64,000 nucleotides of DNA, taken from IMG/VR virus record IMGVR_UViG_3300009161_000021. One strand, given 5' to 3'. The position numbers were made by a program, and so were the translations under genes. Shown here piece after piece: positions 44,288 through 54,313 of the stretch; position 1 is the stretch's first letter, and every line of letters starts with the position of its first letter. The notes under the pieces were generated by a model that was not told the DNA's origin, did no database searches, and worked only from the letters and a program-made list of their open reading frames with translations. Source of the DNA: a virus. Taxonomy: Duplodnaviria > Caudoviricetes.

Positions 44288-45823
44288 TTACTTCCTCGCA
44301 GCCTTACGAGCCGCCCTATCCGCTGCCTTGATCTGACCGACCATCGGCTCGTCCTTGCCCATGTAATCCGCAACGTGAAGTTCGGGGGGCTTGGAAACAG
44401 ACGCCGCCTTCTTCATCGTTGAGAATGCGGGTGAGGCATAGCTGCCGTACTCTTCCTTATCGGCATCATCTGCGGTCATCGCAGCAGCCGCGGTGAGAAG
44501 GCCTCTGTGACCATTCTCCTCCGAAGTTTCCAGGACATCGTTCACGAAGTCGGCGTATTCACCGCGCTGTGCCATCTGCTCGAGCTGATCCTCTTCGAAA
44601 GATTGCAGCTTCTTATTCTCTTCTCCAAACTCAGTCATGAACGCCTTACCGATCTGTCGACCTGGCTGTCCACGATGCGGCTTGAAGTTGAGCTCAGCGA
44701 TAGAAGCGAGTGCCTCGTAAGTTATGGCTCCAGCGAAATTCTGAAATAGAGCTGAGTGGTTGAGAGCGGCCTGATCCTTCATGATTGCCTTGTACTCATC
44801 GAGACCTTCCTCGTCGAAGAGCGTCTTCAGGAACTCCTGGTTCTCAGGAAGTTCGAAAGCGTCCTCGAAAGCCTCACGGATGGAGTTGTAGACGTAACGC
44901 TGAATCCTTCTAGGAGCGACGAACGCGTTGAGTCCCCGGACGCCGAGCACGTCGCGGATGAACGACTGACGGAGTCCGGATGCGGCTGCATACCCGTAAG
45001 GCTTTGCAGCGGTCTGGTACTCGAACTTGGGCGACGCCTTTTCGGCGGCGGCGGCGGCGTCACGAGTGACCTGGTCCTCGTAATCGTCCTTGAACCTGCT
45101 GATGAATGCGACGAGACCACGATCGTTCGGGTTCCGGAGACGAGCTCCGACCCTGTCAACGATCGCAGGATCATTCTGAAGAGCACCAAGAAGCTCGAAG
45201 AAATCCTCGATGTCGCTCGTCGAAATACGACCATCGCGAGTGGAGCGTATGATGTTGTCGAAGTGTATACGCCCAAGACCATATGCCTGAAGAACGCGCT
45301 CATACTTGAAGTACATCGCGTCGGGACCGGTGGCCTCCTGACGCTCGATCGCAGCAAGCTCAGCCTCTTCCTCGGGGGTGAGCTCTTCGTCATCGTCATC
45401 ATCGATCCCCTCAGATTCGCGAAGGCGTGCCTTCAGGCGGGCGTTCGCTCGACGAAGTGATTCGATCTGCATGTCCTTATTGTCGGACGCTTCGCTCTCT
45501 AGCTTCTCAATGACTCTCTGGAACTCTGAGTAAGCCTGGTCCACTTGATCATCGGGTACCATCTCTGCGAGAGCCTGAAGCGCGAAACCGAGCTCCTTTG
45601 AATTCGCTGGAATGTACTCAGGATCCTCAACGGGCGGACGCTCAACATCGAGCTGAGTCGACATCCTGTCGCTCGGAGAAAGCGGCAGCATTGAGGGTAA
45701 AGATGAGCTTTCGGGTCCAACCGTGAGACGTCTTGAAACGTCGCTATGCTTGCCGCCCGACTCGCTTAATGACTTTTTGATGATGCTCTGAAGCACAGAC
45801 TTTTTGATCTTGACATTTGACAT
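44288..45823 (-). CDS. acidic putative virion protein
   Basis: KSVLQSIIKKSLSE leader; ATATTTA upstream. Confidence 0.65.
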   Translation of the reverse strand: MSNVKIKKSVLQSIIKKSLSESGGKHSDVSRRLTVGPESSSLPSMLPLSPSDRMSTQLDVERPPVEDPEYIPANSKELGFALQALAEMVPDDQVDQAYSEFQRVIEKLESEASDNKDMQIESLRRANARLKARLRESEGIDDDDDEELTPEEEAELAAIERQEATGPDAMYFKYERVLQAYGLGRIHFDNIIRSTRDGRISTSDIEDFFELLGALQNDPAIVDRVGARLRNPNDRGLVAFISRFKDDYEDQVTRDAAAAAEKASPKFEYQTAAKPYGYAAASGLRQSFIRDVLGVRGLNAFVAPRRIQRYVYNSIREAFEDAFELPENQEFLKTLFDEEGLDEYKAIMKDQAALNHSALFQNFAGAITYEALASIAELNFKPHRGQPGRQIGKAFMTEFGEENKKLQSFEEDQLEQMAQRGEYADFVNDVLETSEENGHRGLLTAAAAMTADDADKEEYGSYASPAFSTMKKAASVSKPPELHVADYMGKDEPMVGQIKAADRAARKAARK

Positions 45824-45878
45824 GCGTTGTTCTTCCGTGGAATCTACACTAAATATCATATAACGCGAATAGAAATCG

Positions 45879-45903
45879 AAAAGGCCGCATGATGCGGCCT
45901 TTT
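45879..45903 (-). terminator. rho-independent terminator (potentially bidirectional)
   Basis: AAAAGGCCGCAT-g-ATGCGGCCTTTT downstream of 45930-46196. Confidence 0.8.
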
Positions 45904-45929
45904 CTTTTTAAGAAGCTATCTAGATTAGA

Positions 45930-46196
45930 TTACTTCTTCTCGACAGCAGGAGCGGCGGGGGCCGTCTCCGCAGGCTTAGCCTCAGCAGCGTCGGCCGGGG
46001 CAGCGTCGGCAGGCTTGACCTCGGGAGCAACCTCGGGGGTCGCGGGGGCCGTCTCTGCTGCGACAGGCGTCGTCTCTGCTGCGGGAGCAGCCTCAACCTT
46101 CTCATCGTCCTTCATGGTCGCGAGGAAAGCGGTGAGTCCAGCGATGAGAGCTGCGATGAGAGCTGCGACGAGCTTGTTGTTCTTGATCATTTCCAT
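45930..46196 (-). CDS. secreted/membrane-anchored Ala/Pro/Glu-rich small protein
   Basis: Signal-like helix then low complexity; AGGAG RBS. Confidence 0.65.
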   Translation of the reverse strand: MEMIKNNKLVAALIAALIAGLTAFLATMKDDEKVEAAPAAETTPVAAETAPATPEVAPEVKPADAAPADAAEAKPAETAPAAPAVEKK

Positions 46197-46209
46197 TTTT
46201 GTCTTCTCC

Positions 46210-46476
46210 TTAGTTGATTATATCATCATCGTTCGATTTTCTTCTTAGAGGAGCAGGTCCTGCTTTACCCTTGTTTAGCATGGAGATTTCCATGAGAGCA
46301 ACATGGGACGCGACCCTTCTAATGTCATTAGCCATCTGTTCGTCGAACGTAGCTAAAATATTAAACATCTCGATCAATTTTTCAATTTTTTTATCACTTT
46401 CGTCGAGTCGAGCTCGAAGAGACTCAATCTCCTTTCGATCATCTGGGAAACCCAGAATTGAACGTAGAAATTTCAC
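46210..46476 (-). CDS. coiled-coil hypothetical protein
   Basis: GTGA coupling. Confidence 0.55.
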   Translation of the reverse strand: MKFLRSILGFPDDRKEIESLRARLDESDKKIEKLIEMFNILATFDEQMANDIRRVASHVALMEISMLNKGKAGPAPLRRKSNDDDIIN

Positions 46477-46796
46477 GGCTCGCGACCCGTCTGGTTGGCG
46501 ATGAAATCGTAAATGTCATTCGAATCTTTCTCTGTCAGCTTCTTGATCCGATTCTCTTTCTTACGCTTCGCTAAATCGTCCATCTTTTTTTGGATACTCA
46601 TGTCGCCGTCAACTATCAATTGGCAAAATTCTACGAACATCTCTTGCAGAGAGAGTTTTTTTCTCAATCCAAAAACGCGCATCTCAGCGTGGAGCTCGGC
46701 GGGAAGTTTGATATGAACGCACTTCCGCGGATCGATGATAAAATCGATCTGCTTACGCAGCTCCTCCGCCGCCTCCTGCTCCTGCTCCGACTGCAT
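46473..46796 (-). CDS. ribbon-helix-helix-like DNA-binding protein
   Basis: VHIKLPAELHAEMRVFGLRKKLSLQEMFVEFC. Confidence 0.55.
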   Translation of the reverse strand: MQSEQEQEAAEELRKQIDFIIDPRKCVHIKLPAELHAEMRVFGLRKKLSLQEMFVEFCQLIVDGDMSIQKKMDDLAKRKKENRIKKLTEKDSNDIYDFIANQTGREP

Positions 46797-47532
46797 ATGA
46801 ATCCGGTGGTGCCTCTGGACGTTCCAATGATATGTTGTAATCCTTTCGAAGTAAATCCTTCAGCTGCTTCTTGAGACTGTCGGTCTCATTGGGAAAATCG
46901 TTGTCGAGATATTCCTCCGCCTGAGTGATCACATTCTTCTTAACATCGACAAGGGACGTGTAGTTCTTAATCAGCTTCGCAATTTCGCCGGCATACACCT
47001 CCATATCGATCTTGGGCTTCTTGTCTTCCTGCTCGATGAGGAATCGAAGAGACTTCCTACGAAGACTTTCATTCGCGGCAGACTCTGAGTCTTCTTCGGC
47101 GGATGAGGTCGCTTTCATAAGTGCCTTGTTAACCTGCGATTTGACGGGCTCCTTAACGGGATCAGGCGCTTTCGCTTTCTTTTTTGCAGTCGCTCCGGCT
47201 GCAGCGGCTCCCGGAGCGGGTGCTGGGGTCCCTGGAATTGCGGGGGCAGCTCCGGGGGCAGCTGCGGGAGCGGGAGCGGGGACTGCTGGCGTGGCAGGCG
47301 CAGCGGGAGCTGCAGGCACTGCAGGAGCTCCGGGAGCCGCTGCAGCCGGGTCAACTGCGGGGGCAGTGCCTGCAGCAGCCGGATCGGTCGCTGGAGCTGT
47401 GGCAGCTGGATCTGCTGCGGGAGCAGTTGCGGCCGGATCAGCAGGAGGCGCCTGCTCGTAAAGATTTGACAACTTTGTGTTATACATTTCCTGAATAACA
47501 AGTCGTCTTAGCACCGAACGGCTTGTGGTCAT
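46753..47532 (-). CDS. Ala/Pro-rich putative virion protein
   Basis: RSVLRRLVIQEM leader; APAADPAA repeats. Confidence 0.6.
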   Translation of the reverse strand: MTTSRSVLRRLVIQEMYNTKLSNLYEQAPPADPAATAPAADPAATAPATDPAAAGTAPAVDPAAAAPGAPAVPAAPAAPATPAVPAPAPAAAPGAAPAIPGTPAPAPGAAAAGATAKKKAKAPDPVKEPVKSQVNKALMKATSSAEEDSESAANESLRRKSLRFLIEQEDKKPKIDMEVYAGEIAKLIKNYTSLVDVKKNVITQAEEYLDNDFPNETDSLKKQLKDLLRKDYNISLERPEAPPDSYAVGAGAGGGGGAA

Positions 47533-48254
47533 TTTGCAGCCTCCATCATTCTCTCGACCTTCCTGATTCGATCTTCAATGATTGACCACTTGAGCTCTTT
47601 CATCATCGAGAAGATGTACGATTTTCTATCCTTCAGGTAATCTCGATAATAAGAGTGTTCCCAGCAATCGAGAACAATCACTGGGTAGCTCGAAAATGGA
47701 ACTCCCGAGTTATGAAGATCCACCACAACGTTGACGTAGCGCTTGAGGAACATGTTGTACGCCATAACGACCCAACCGTTCCTTGAGCTCATCGCGCAGG
47801 CGATAAAGTCTCTTTGCCACGCGTCGAAGCTGCCCCAGTCACGTTCGATGCGCATGTAGGCGAGCGAGTCCATCGCCAGGGTCGATCTCACATCAGAGAT
47901 GTTCTCAAAGAACATTCCATGGAGAAATGCTGCATTTAGATTGTGTGTCTCGTCCATCTTCATGTTTCTGAAGGTGGAGTTGTTTGGGTTCGCGTTCTCA
48001 CGATCCGCAGAGTCTAGACCCGCAGATATCTCATTGAGGGATTTTATGTACCCGTCCATGAGCTCCTGGTGCGCAGCCTTGTTTTCCTCGCTAAGCTTCT
48101 CAGTCCTCAGGTCGAATTTGGTTGTCGACACGACGTAAGCTTCGTTCAAAGGCTTCGGGCTTTGCTCCTGCTTCTTCGGAAGAGTCAGAGATTCGCGAAT
48201 CACGTCAACGATCTCTTTCTCAGATAGACCTGCGATCTTTAATGGGTCTTTCAT
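47529..48254 (-). CDS. Fe/Mn superoxide dismutase-family protein with N-terminal leader
   Basis: HQELMDGY, LHGMFFEN, WGSFDAW, GWV, DCWEHSYYRDY. Confidence 0.88.
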   Translation of the reverse strand: MKDPLKIAGLSEKEIVDVIRESLTLPKKQEQSPKPLNEAYVVSTTKFDLRTEKLSEENKAAHQELMDGYIKSLNEISAGLDSADRENANPNNSTFRNMKMDETHNLNAAFLHGMFFENISDVRSTLAMDSLAYMRIERDWGSFDAWQRDFIACAMSSRNGWVVMAYNMFLKRYVNVVVDLHNSGVPFSSYPVIVLDCWEHSYYRDYLKDRKSYIFSMMKELKWSIIEDRIRKVERMMEAAK

Positions 48255-48263
48255 TTTATGTCC

Positions 48264-48593
48264 TTAAACCTTGAATTTCTTTTCGAAATCTTCGATGCTG
48301 TAAGAGTGTGAGTTCTGTCCAGGTGAAACTAATGTTTGAGCGCCATTTGAAGTTATCGGACCAGTGATGTTCTCGGGTGATATCAGATTGACCGTGATAT
48401 CGCTTCCATTCTTCTGCACGCTCTGGACGGTGAATTTTTCGCCTGTCTTAACATCAGTAACCTCAAGACCCGCATCGATCCGGACCTTTCCACCTGACCC
48501 GATGACTTCCATCTCAAGAAGCGTCGTGTAAATGCGTTGCTCGTAGCTCTCTCTCATCAGACGAATGATCTTTTTATCAGAGGACGTTCTCAT
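48264..48593 (-). CDS. hypothetical protein with DKKIIRLMRES leader
   Basis: ATGA coupling. Confidence 0.6.
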   Translation of the reverse strand: MRTSSDKKIIRLMRESYEQRIYTTLLEMEVIGSGGKVRIDAGLEVTDVKTGEKFTVQSVQKNGSDITVNLISPENITGPITSNGAQTLVSPGQNSHSYSIEDFEKKFKV

Positions 48594-50023
48594 TTTCCTT
48601 CCTTGATTCCTGCAAGCTCGCACCATCTGTCGATCGTGCCTTCGGTAAATACTACGTTCGGGGCAACGAATCTGTTAAGTTCCTGTCTCATCGAGTCCCT
48701 GTCTATCAGCCCTAGAACGGTGCTCAGATTTGCAGCGCGTTCAGTTGGCGTAGCCCCCTTGACGATCGAGGGAGTATTTATGAAGTTGTTGAAAGAATGG
48801 GATCGAGAGGCACCACGAACTGCACCAGCGCTGCCGCCAGAACCACCGGCGCTGCCTGTGCCTCGTCCACCTCCAGCTGATGCACCGCCGCCCGCAACTG
48901 ATCCATCTTCGCGACCGCCCTCTGGTCGAGTCAAACCCAGCATCCCCGAGATTGACGCAAGCCCTCCGAACACGAGAGTGTCAGCGATATCGTAAGAGAC
49001 CATGTCTCCTGTCGAGTTCGTAGTTTTTTCAACGAGAGCTTCGAAGTATTTCCTAAAAGCATCGAGTGTGATTCCCTCGATATCGGATGTTAGTTCGATC
49101 GGAGTTAACGTGGTAGGTTGTATCGCCTGCTTCTTTCTTATCGCCCTGTATATGCTGACGATGGTTCCCTCAACTGGTTGAGGAACTCGCAAGTTATCCT
49201 TCACGACTTTTCCAAGGTCGAAGGTCTTGTTTCCTCGTGAAGGATCCGTTGCAAGGAAGTCAATAGTCTTGTCAAGAACACCACGATCGGCGGGCTTAAC
49301 GACGCGGAGGAACAGGGTCTTAAACCCGTCCGGTACGGGCGTGGGCTCTCCATCAGAACCTCGACCGACGAGGTACATCTTACCGAGTGAGAGGTTCGAG
49401 ATTGCGAAGCTTCCGACGCCAGGGATATTCCAGGTGGCAGTTCTACCCGCACCGGCGCTTTCCGGACCGATCAGCATATAGTTGTTTCCCTGCTCGTATA
49501 TCTCATACGAGCCCAGCTCTTTAACCTTCGAGATGGGAACTCTTTGTGGCGTTGAGAGTCTCGCAGCCCCAGGGCCCGCGTCCACCACATTGTAAACCAC
49601 AGCTTCCTCTTCGAAGAATTTTAGGTTATTCTTCTTGAAGTCAGTTATGAACATCATCCTGACAGCATCCATCGCGTTGAGGATCGAGAACTTCAGAACC
49701 TCGGCGGTCGTGATAGCGTTGAGCAGATCCCTCTGCGGGTCAGCGAGACCCATGGCGCTGAGAATCGGATTCGGCTTCGCCGAGATGGAATCGTTGACGG
49801 ATTTAATGACGTCTCTGATTGCCTTCGCAGTATTCGGCATCTCGTTTGAACCTGCAGTTATTAGATCCTCGAGCTCAGAAAGAGGTTCGATCGTCCTAAG
49901 TGCAGTGTCGAACATGGACCTGTCGACAGCCTCGTCGAGCAGAAAGCTCATGCTCATCTCGTTCAGAGAGTAAATGTCGTGATCACTCATGGAGTTTTTC
50001 ATTTTCTTCTCAGCGGTCCTCAT
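48590..50023 (-). CDS. putative virion protein
   Basis: LNE/LDE motifs, Gly-rich linker, C-terminal RWCELAGIKE; ATACTTA upstream. Confidence 0.6.
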   Translation of the reverse strand: MRTAEKKMKNSMSDHDIYSLNEMSMSFLLDEAVDRSMFDTALRTIEPLSELEDLITAGSNEMPNTAKAIRDVIKSVNDSISAKPNPILSAMGLADPQRDLLNAITTAEVLKFSILNAMDAVRMMFITDFKKNNLKFFEEEAVVYNVVDAGPGAARLSTPQRVPISKVKELGSYEIYEQGNNYMLIGPESAGAGRTATWNIPGVGSFAISNLSLGKMYLVGRGSDGEPTPVPDGFKTLFLRVVKPADRGVLDKTIDFLATDPSRGNKTFDLGKVVKDNLRVPQPVEGTIVSIYRAIRKKQAIQPTTLTPIELTSDIEGITLDAFRKYFEALVEKTTNSTGDMVSYDIADTLVFGGLASISGMLGLTRPEGGREDGSVAGGGASAGGGRGTGSAGGSGGSAGAVRGASRSHSFNNFINTPSIVKGATPTERAANLSTVLGLIDRDSMRQELNRFVAPNVVFTEGTIDRWCELAGIKEGK

Positions 50024-50048
50024 CCCGAGAGTATACCTCTACTAGGGA

Positions 50049-50474
50049 CTAAGTATCTTCCACTTCGCATAACTGACGAACCTTGATGCCAGCATTTGTA
50101 AGAAGAGTGATTCCAGACTCGTCTCGATACCTGTCGATGTAGATGACCTCGTCTATCTTCGCGTTTATGATCGCTTTCGCGCACATGCGACAAGGGTTGA
50201 GGCTCACATACATCTTCTTCCGTTTCGGGCTGTTGAAGTCAAGCTTGATAAGAGCGTTCACTTCAGCGTGAATGAATCCAGAATCTCCAGGATTGTCGGA
50301 CTCCCGACAATTCGGTCCTCCGGCATGATCGCCATTGTACCCGAGTGATAGGAGCTGCGTGTTGTCATCAGCTACAATTATCGCCGCAACTTTGAATGAG
50401 GGATCTGAGGATCTCTTGGAGATCGTAAAAACGACATCGGACCAGATCCGATCCCAGGAGGGTCGTGAGCTCAA
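50049..50474 (-). CDS. dCMP deaminase
   Basis: LGYNG, HAEVNAL, PCRMC zinc motifs. Confidence 0.9.
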   Translation of the reverse strand: MSSRPSWDRIWSDVVFTISKRSSDPSFKVAAIIVADDNTQLLSLGYNGDHAGGPNCRESDNPGDSGFIHAEVNALIKLDFNSPKRKKMYVSLNPCRMCAKAIINAKIDEVIYIDRYRDESGITLLTNAGIKVRQLCEVEDT

Positions 50475-51319
50475 GTGTTCACCGCGTCGAAGATTGTTTC
50501 AATGCTAACGTTGGGAGGCAAGCTGAATCCAGCAGCTTTCCGATGACCGCCACCGCCGAACTTCTTCGCGACCTCGCTCACGTCAGCGTCATCATGGTGC
50601 GCTCGAAGGCTTGCCTTAACACGGCGGCTCTCATGATCGTAGTACCAGATCACGGAGAAATCGCACTTTGGAGAGAGAGCAGCGCCGATTTCAGACATCC
50701 AATGTGAAGAGTTAACCACGAGCACGCTCTTTCCAGCGATCTTCCGATGTGAGGCGTTCTTCGTAATCTTGGAGATAACGGTCTTGGAGTAGGCAAGGAT
50801 GTAAGCACCGCGCTCCTGGGCACTGTCCACTTCGGAATCGTCGAGATACTTGTCGAACTCCTCAAAATCAAACTTTACCATGTCGAAGGCCGCAGCGAAC
50901 TCCTTGGAGTAGGGGATCTCCCACTTCCAAAGGTCACGATCCTCGATGAACTTGATGAGTCGAGGAGCTTCCTTCCCGGGATGGAAGAACTTCCAGGCGA
51001 GCATCGCTCCGCTGTGGTTCATGTCGAAACGCGTGCATGAGACATCATGGAGCTCGACCATAGCTGACTTGTGGTGGTCGATGATGAGGAGGTTCTTGGC
51101 CTCCTGCATCATACGCTTCGTGGTGGCGTTATCGTAGGAGAAGTCCAGGACGACCACATTCTTTCCTGTCACGTCAGGTGGAGGCTCTCCGTGCTTCGCA
51201 GCGAGGTACTCCGCCCGATCACCGAGCAGCTTCCAGGCTGCGTAAGCAGCCCCAAAACCATCGGTGCAGTTTTCATGATAGATGACGAGATCGACGCTGG
51301 ACGGTTCTAGCATATTCAC
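50471..51319 (-). CDS. DHH/DHHA1 phosphoesterase
   Basis: YHENCTDG, VLDF, IDHH, GGGGHRKAAGF. Confidence 0.88.
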   Translation of the reverse strand: MNMLEPSSVDLVIYHENCTDGFGAAYAAWKLLGDRAEYLAAKHGEPPPDVTGKNVVVLDFSYDNATTKRMMQEAKNLLIIDHHKSAMVELHDVSCTRFDMNHSGAMLAWKFFHPGKEAPRLIKFIEDRDLWKWEIPYSKEFAAAFDMVKFDFEEFDKYLDDSEVDSAQERGAYILAYSKTVISKITKNASHRKIAGKSVLVVNSSHWMSEIGAALSPKCDFSVIWYYDHESRRVKASLRAHHDDADVSEVAKKFGGGGHRKAAGFSLPPNVSIETIFDAVNT

Positions 51320-51339
51320 GTAAGCTCCGGACTAAACTA

Positions 51340-51915
51340 TTATCCCACGTTCTCGTTCGGATTGCACATTATCGGGTGATGCCTGAAACACCTTGGTTCG
51401 TAGAGATTCTTCCCACCGACCTCGATCTCCTTGTCATCGTTTGTGAGCTTCGCTGTGTAGTACGCATCGCTTCCGCAAGCTGGGCACACAGCAGGGCACT
51501 TTTCGACCTTCGTAGCGAACGGTAGAAGTGAGGTCACCTCCTCGAAGGGACGACACTTCGCGCTCAGATCAAGGGTCGCGATCAGCACGTCAACACCACT
51601 CCGCATGATCTCCAGGGCCGCTGGTGCCACCCCGTCTATCATGAAGGCTTCGTCTATGGCCACCGCATCAATATCACCCTTGATGCTTCTGAAGTGGTTC
51701 AGAAGGGCAGCTCCCGAGCTGACGCAGGTAGCAGGCCACTTGGCACCTGAGTGGGTGCAGATCTGAGATTGCTCGTATCTCGCGTCCATCGAGGGCTTGT
51801 ACGCTATCACCGTCCGACCCTGAAGCTTAAGACGCTCGATGGACGCGATCAGACGTGATGTCTTGGAGCCCCACATCGGACCACAGAAAATAACAAGATT
51901 TGGATTACCCTGCAT
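51340..51915 (-). CDS. tdk: thymidine kinase (type II)
   Basis: GPMWGSKTS, AIDEAF, CPAC lasso, YEPRC. Confidence 0.9.
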   Translation of the reverse strand: MQGNPNLVIFCGPMWGSKTSRLIASIERLKLQGRTVIAYKPSMDARYEQSQICTHSGAKWPATCVSSGAALLNHFRSIKGDIDAVAIDEAFMIDGVAPAALEIMRSGVDVLIATLDLSAKCRPFEEVTSLLPFATKVEKCPAVCPACGSDAYYTAKLTNDDKEIEVGGKNLYEPRCFRHHPIMCNPNENVG

Positions 51916-52309
51916 TCGTTCTCCCGTAATCATCCTCTATTATGATCGAACCGTCGTTCGACTTGTCGCCGATCTCAATGACAACACTTTCTTCGAGAGC
52001 CTCAAGTCTGTATGGACACTCGGATTGCACGTTGAAGACATCGCCTGGAGAAAGAATTCTCTCTTCCCAGGGATACTTCTCTGGCTTTTCAATCGTCCGC
52101 GAGCTGCCAAACGTCACCTTAACAAGTCCGCTCATTATCAGGAAGAACTCATTCTTAATCTTATGAAACTTCAGGCTCGTTCTATGGCCCTTCCTGATCG
52201 TGATGAGCTTTCCCTGAAAGTCAGCAGTGGAGCTCCAAACCTGAGCAGTGCCCCACGGCTTTATCTCGTTCGATGACTTGGTGACCCAAGCATGCTTAGG
52301 AGCCCTCAT
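51905..52309 (-). CDS. cupin, sugar isomerase/epimerase-like
   Basis: KPWG...GKLITI..G.RTSLKFH..KNE...SG...PGDVF. Confidence 0.75.
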   Translation of the reverse strand: MRAPKHAWVTKSSNEIKPWGTAQVWSSTADFQGKLITIRKGHRTSLKFHKIKNEFFLIMSGLVKVTFGSSRTIEKPEKYPWEERILSPGDVFNVQSECPYRLEALEESVVIEIGDKSNDGSIIIEDDYGRTNAG

Positions 52310-53312
52310 TAAAATCCCACCAATCAAGAGTCATCTTAAGACCATCCACAAACTTGACCTGCGGCTTCCACCCAAGAACCTGCTCAATGATCGTCACGTC
52401 CGCAAGAGTATCCCGCACATCGCCCGCGCGGACCGGTGCACTGTTCACCTCGAGGTTCGGAAACTTGAGACGAAGGAGGTCGAGGACTTCATTGTTCGAA
52501 AGTGACTCGCCCGACCCAACGTTGAAAGCGTGCCCGCGGAAGTCATGCTGAGATTCAGCTGCCAAACGATTCGCCCGAGCAACGTCCTTGACGAAGACAA
52601 GATCTCGAGTCTGGTATCCATCACCGTCAGAGCGAAGTGGACGTCCCTCCTTCAGAGCTGAGCACCACGCGGCGACTGCTGTCGAGTAGGGAGACTTGCC
52701 GTCCTGGCCGGGACCGTAGACGTTGAAGTAACGTAGGCAGACACTCTTCTGCTGGTAGAGTCGCCCGAAGAGGGTCAGGTAATCCTCGATCATCCGCTTC
52801 TGCAGACCGTACGGAGACTGAGGGTTGGAGGGCGAGAACTCGGTGGTTGGCAGCTGGTCGATCTCGCCGTAGACGGACGAAGACGAGGAGAACACGAACT
52901 TGGTGCTTCCACCACGAATCGCATCGAGGAGAGCAAGGGTGCGAGTGACGTTGAGATCGTTCGATTCGAAAGGAAGCTGGACGGAGTACTCAACGCGTGG
53001 CATCGCAGCGAGATGGAAGATGACATCGTAGAGCCCAGCCTTGGAGCGAGACAGAATCTCACGATGAGCGAAATCGCCCTCGATCACGAGAACAGAGCCA
53101 GCGACCCTTTCGGACTCAGGGTGCTTCAGCTCGAAAGCCCCAATAAGATCGGCAGGAACTGCTCGAAATGAGATTCCGTTGAGAGAATCAAGTGAGCCGT
53201 TGGACATGTCGTCGATAACGTCGACGATGTAATCGTTCATGATGAGCTCACGAACAACATGAGAACCGATAAAACCACATCCGCCCGTTACAAGGGCACG
53301 CTTGTTATTCAT
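52296..53312 (-). CDS. NAD-dependent NDP-sugar epimerase/dehydratase (extended SDR; GalE/WbpP-like)
   Basis: GGCGFIGSH, FHLAA, SSSSVYG, YGLQK (YxxxK), RYFNVYGP, RDLVFV. Confidence 0.92.
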   Translation of the reverse strand: MNNKRALVTGGCGFIGSHVVRELIMNDYIVDVIDDMSNGSLDSLNGISFRAVPADLIGAFELKHPESERVAGSVLVIEGDFAHREILSRSKAGLYDVIFHLAAMPRVEYSVQLPFESNDLNVTRTLALLDAIRGGSTKFVFSSSSSVYGEIDQLPTTEFSPSNPQSPYGLQKRMIEDYLTLFGRLYQQKSVCLRYFNVYGPGQDGKSPYSTAVAAWCSALKEGRPLRSDGDGYQTRDLVFVKDVARANRLAAESQHDFRGHAFNVGSGESLSNNEVLDLLRLKFPNLEVNSAPVRAGDVRDTLADVTIIEQVLGWKPQVKFVDGLKMTLDWWDFNEGS

Positions 53313-53314
53313 TT

Positions 53315-54313
53315 TTACCTCTTGAAGAAATGATAGCCCTGATGATTTGTCGAGAGAAGGTATCTCTGGGCAAGCTTTTGATCCTTCATCTTTCTAGCCC
53401 TAAACGAGCAGAGAATGTTTCTCCAGTCATTAACAAGCTGGTAGAAGGCTGGATCATCCATCTCGTCGCTGAGCTTGGGACTGATAAGCATGAAACCGTC
53501 GAGGAATTCGCCATCGGTCATCTTGTGAACCCGCTCCTCAACTCGCATCAGATCATGGATCGGAAAAGATCGAGGATATGCTGGCATCGGACGGCCAAGA
53601 TTGTCGCTTGAATTCGCAATCGCGTCCAGCATCTCGAAATCACGTTCATAGCAGTGGAGAGAATTTGATGTGTGTACGTACTCGCCAAGTTCGACGTTAA
53701 GCTCATTCGCCAGAACCTCCTGCATAGTTGTGAAAGCTGGAACATCGTATGCGATCCCAAGGATGATGTCGCTGGATCGCATGTTGACGTGAAGGTGGAG
53801 CTTACCCTCGCGAATGAAGAATTGGAGCGCGAGAGTGCATGGAACGTCCTTCACGGCGTAGATCGAATCGTCAGGGGTCCTGATATGAATAACAGCGCGG
53901 CGACTGTCAGGATCGCGCTTGAGCTCGCTCTTGACGTACTCCCACTGATTCAGCCCACCATCAGCGATCCTCGGATGAAGCTTGAAGATTCGAGCGCCGT
54001 ACGCGGAGTTTGCAGTCTTTCCATCATCGCTGATGTCCTTCCAAAAGGAAGCGTATCTCGAGATCCATTCGGTGGAGTTGCTTCCGCTCATGTACCAGAG
54101 AGTCTCAGCCACAAAGTAGGAGAGCGAGAAGTTGCGAGCTTCGATGTAAGGAAGGCGATCTCGAACGTTCTTGATCCTGAACTGAACCCCCAGCTTCTCC
54201 TTGATCTTCATGCCACGAGGAGAAGAGATGAAATCGGACTCATCTCGAATCAAACGGCAAAGATCGACGTAAGCATGTGAGAAATTTCCGTAAGTCTTCA
54301 TACCTTCAGCCAC
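53315..54313 (-). CDS. thymidylate-synthase-fold enzyme, dCMP hydroxymethylase-like
   Basis: NSAYG, DSRRA, catalytic DVPCT, MRSSD..LGIAYD with Asp at the ThyA Asn177 position as in T4 gp42, SLHCYER. Confidence 0.85.
   Translation of the reverse strand: MAEGMKTYGNFSHAYVDLCRLIRDESDFISSPRGMKIKEKLGVQFRIKNVRDRLPYIEARNFSLSYFVAETLWYMSGSNSTEWISRYASFWKDISDDGKTANSAYGARIFKLHPRIADGGLNQWEYVKSELKRDPDSRRAVIHIRTPDDSIYAVKDVPCTLALQFFIREGKLHLHVNMRSSDIILGIAYDVPAFTTMQEVLANELNVELGEYVHTSNSLHCYERDFEMLDAIANSSDNLGRPMPAYPRSFPIHDLMRVEERVHKMTDGEFLDGFMLISPKLSDEMDDPAFYQLVNDWRNILCSFRARKMKDQKLAQRYLLSTNHQGYHFFKR

Noticed and set aside
47170-47460. GC-rich quasi-repeats (gcagc/ggagc)
   Set aside because: Explained by an Ala/Pro low-complexity protein linker.
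53315-54313. Ordinary thymidylate synthase (thyA)
   Set aside because: Asp replaces the dUMP-specifying Asn, motifs match gp42-type enzymes, and the neighbours are a kinase and a DNA glycosyltransferase.
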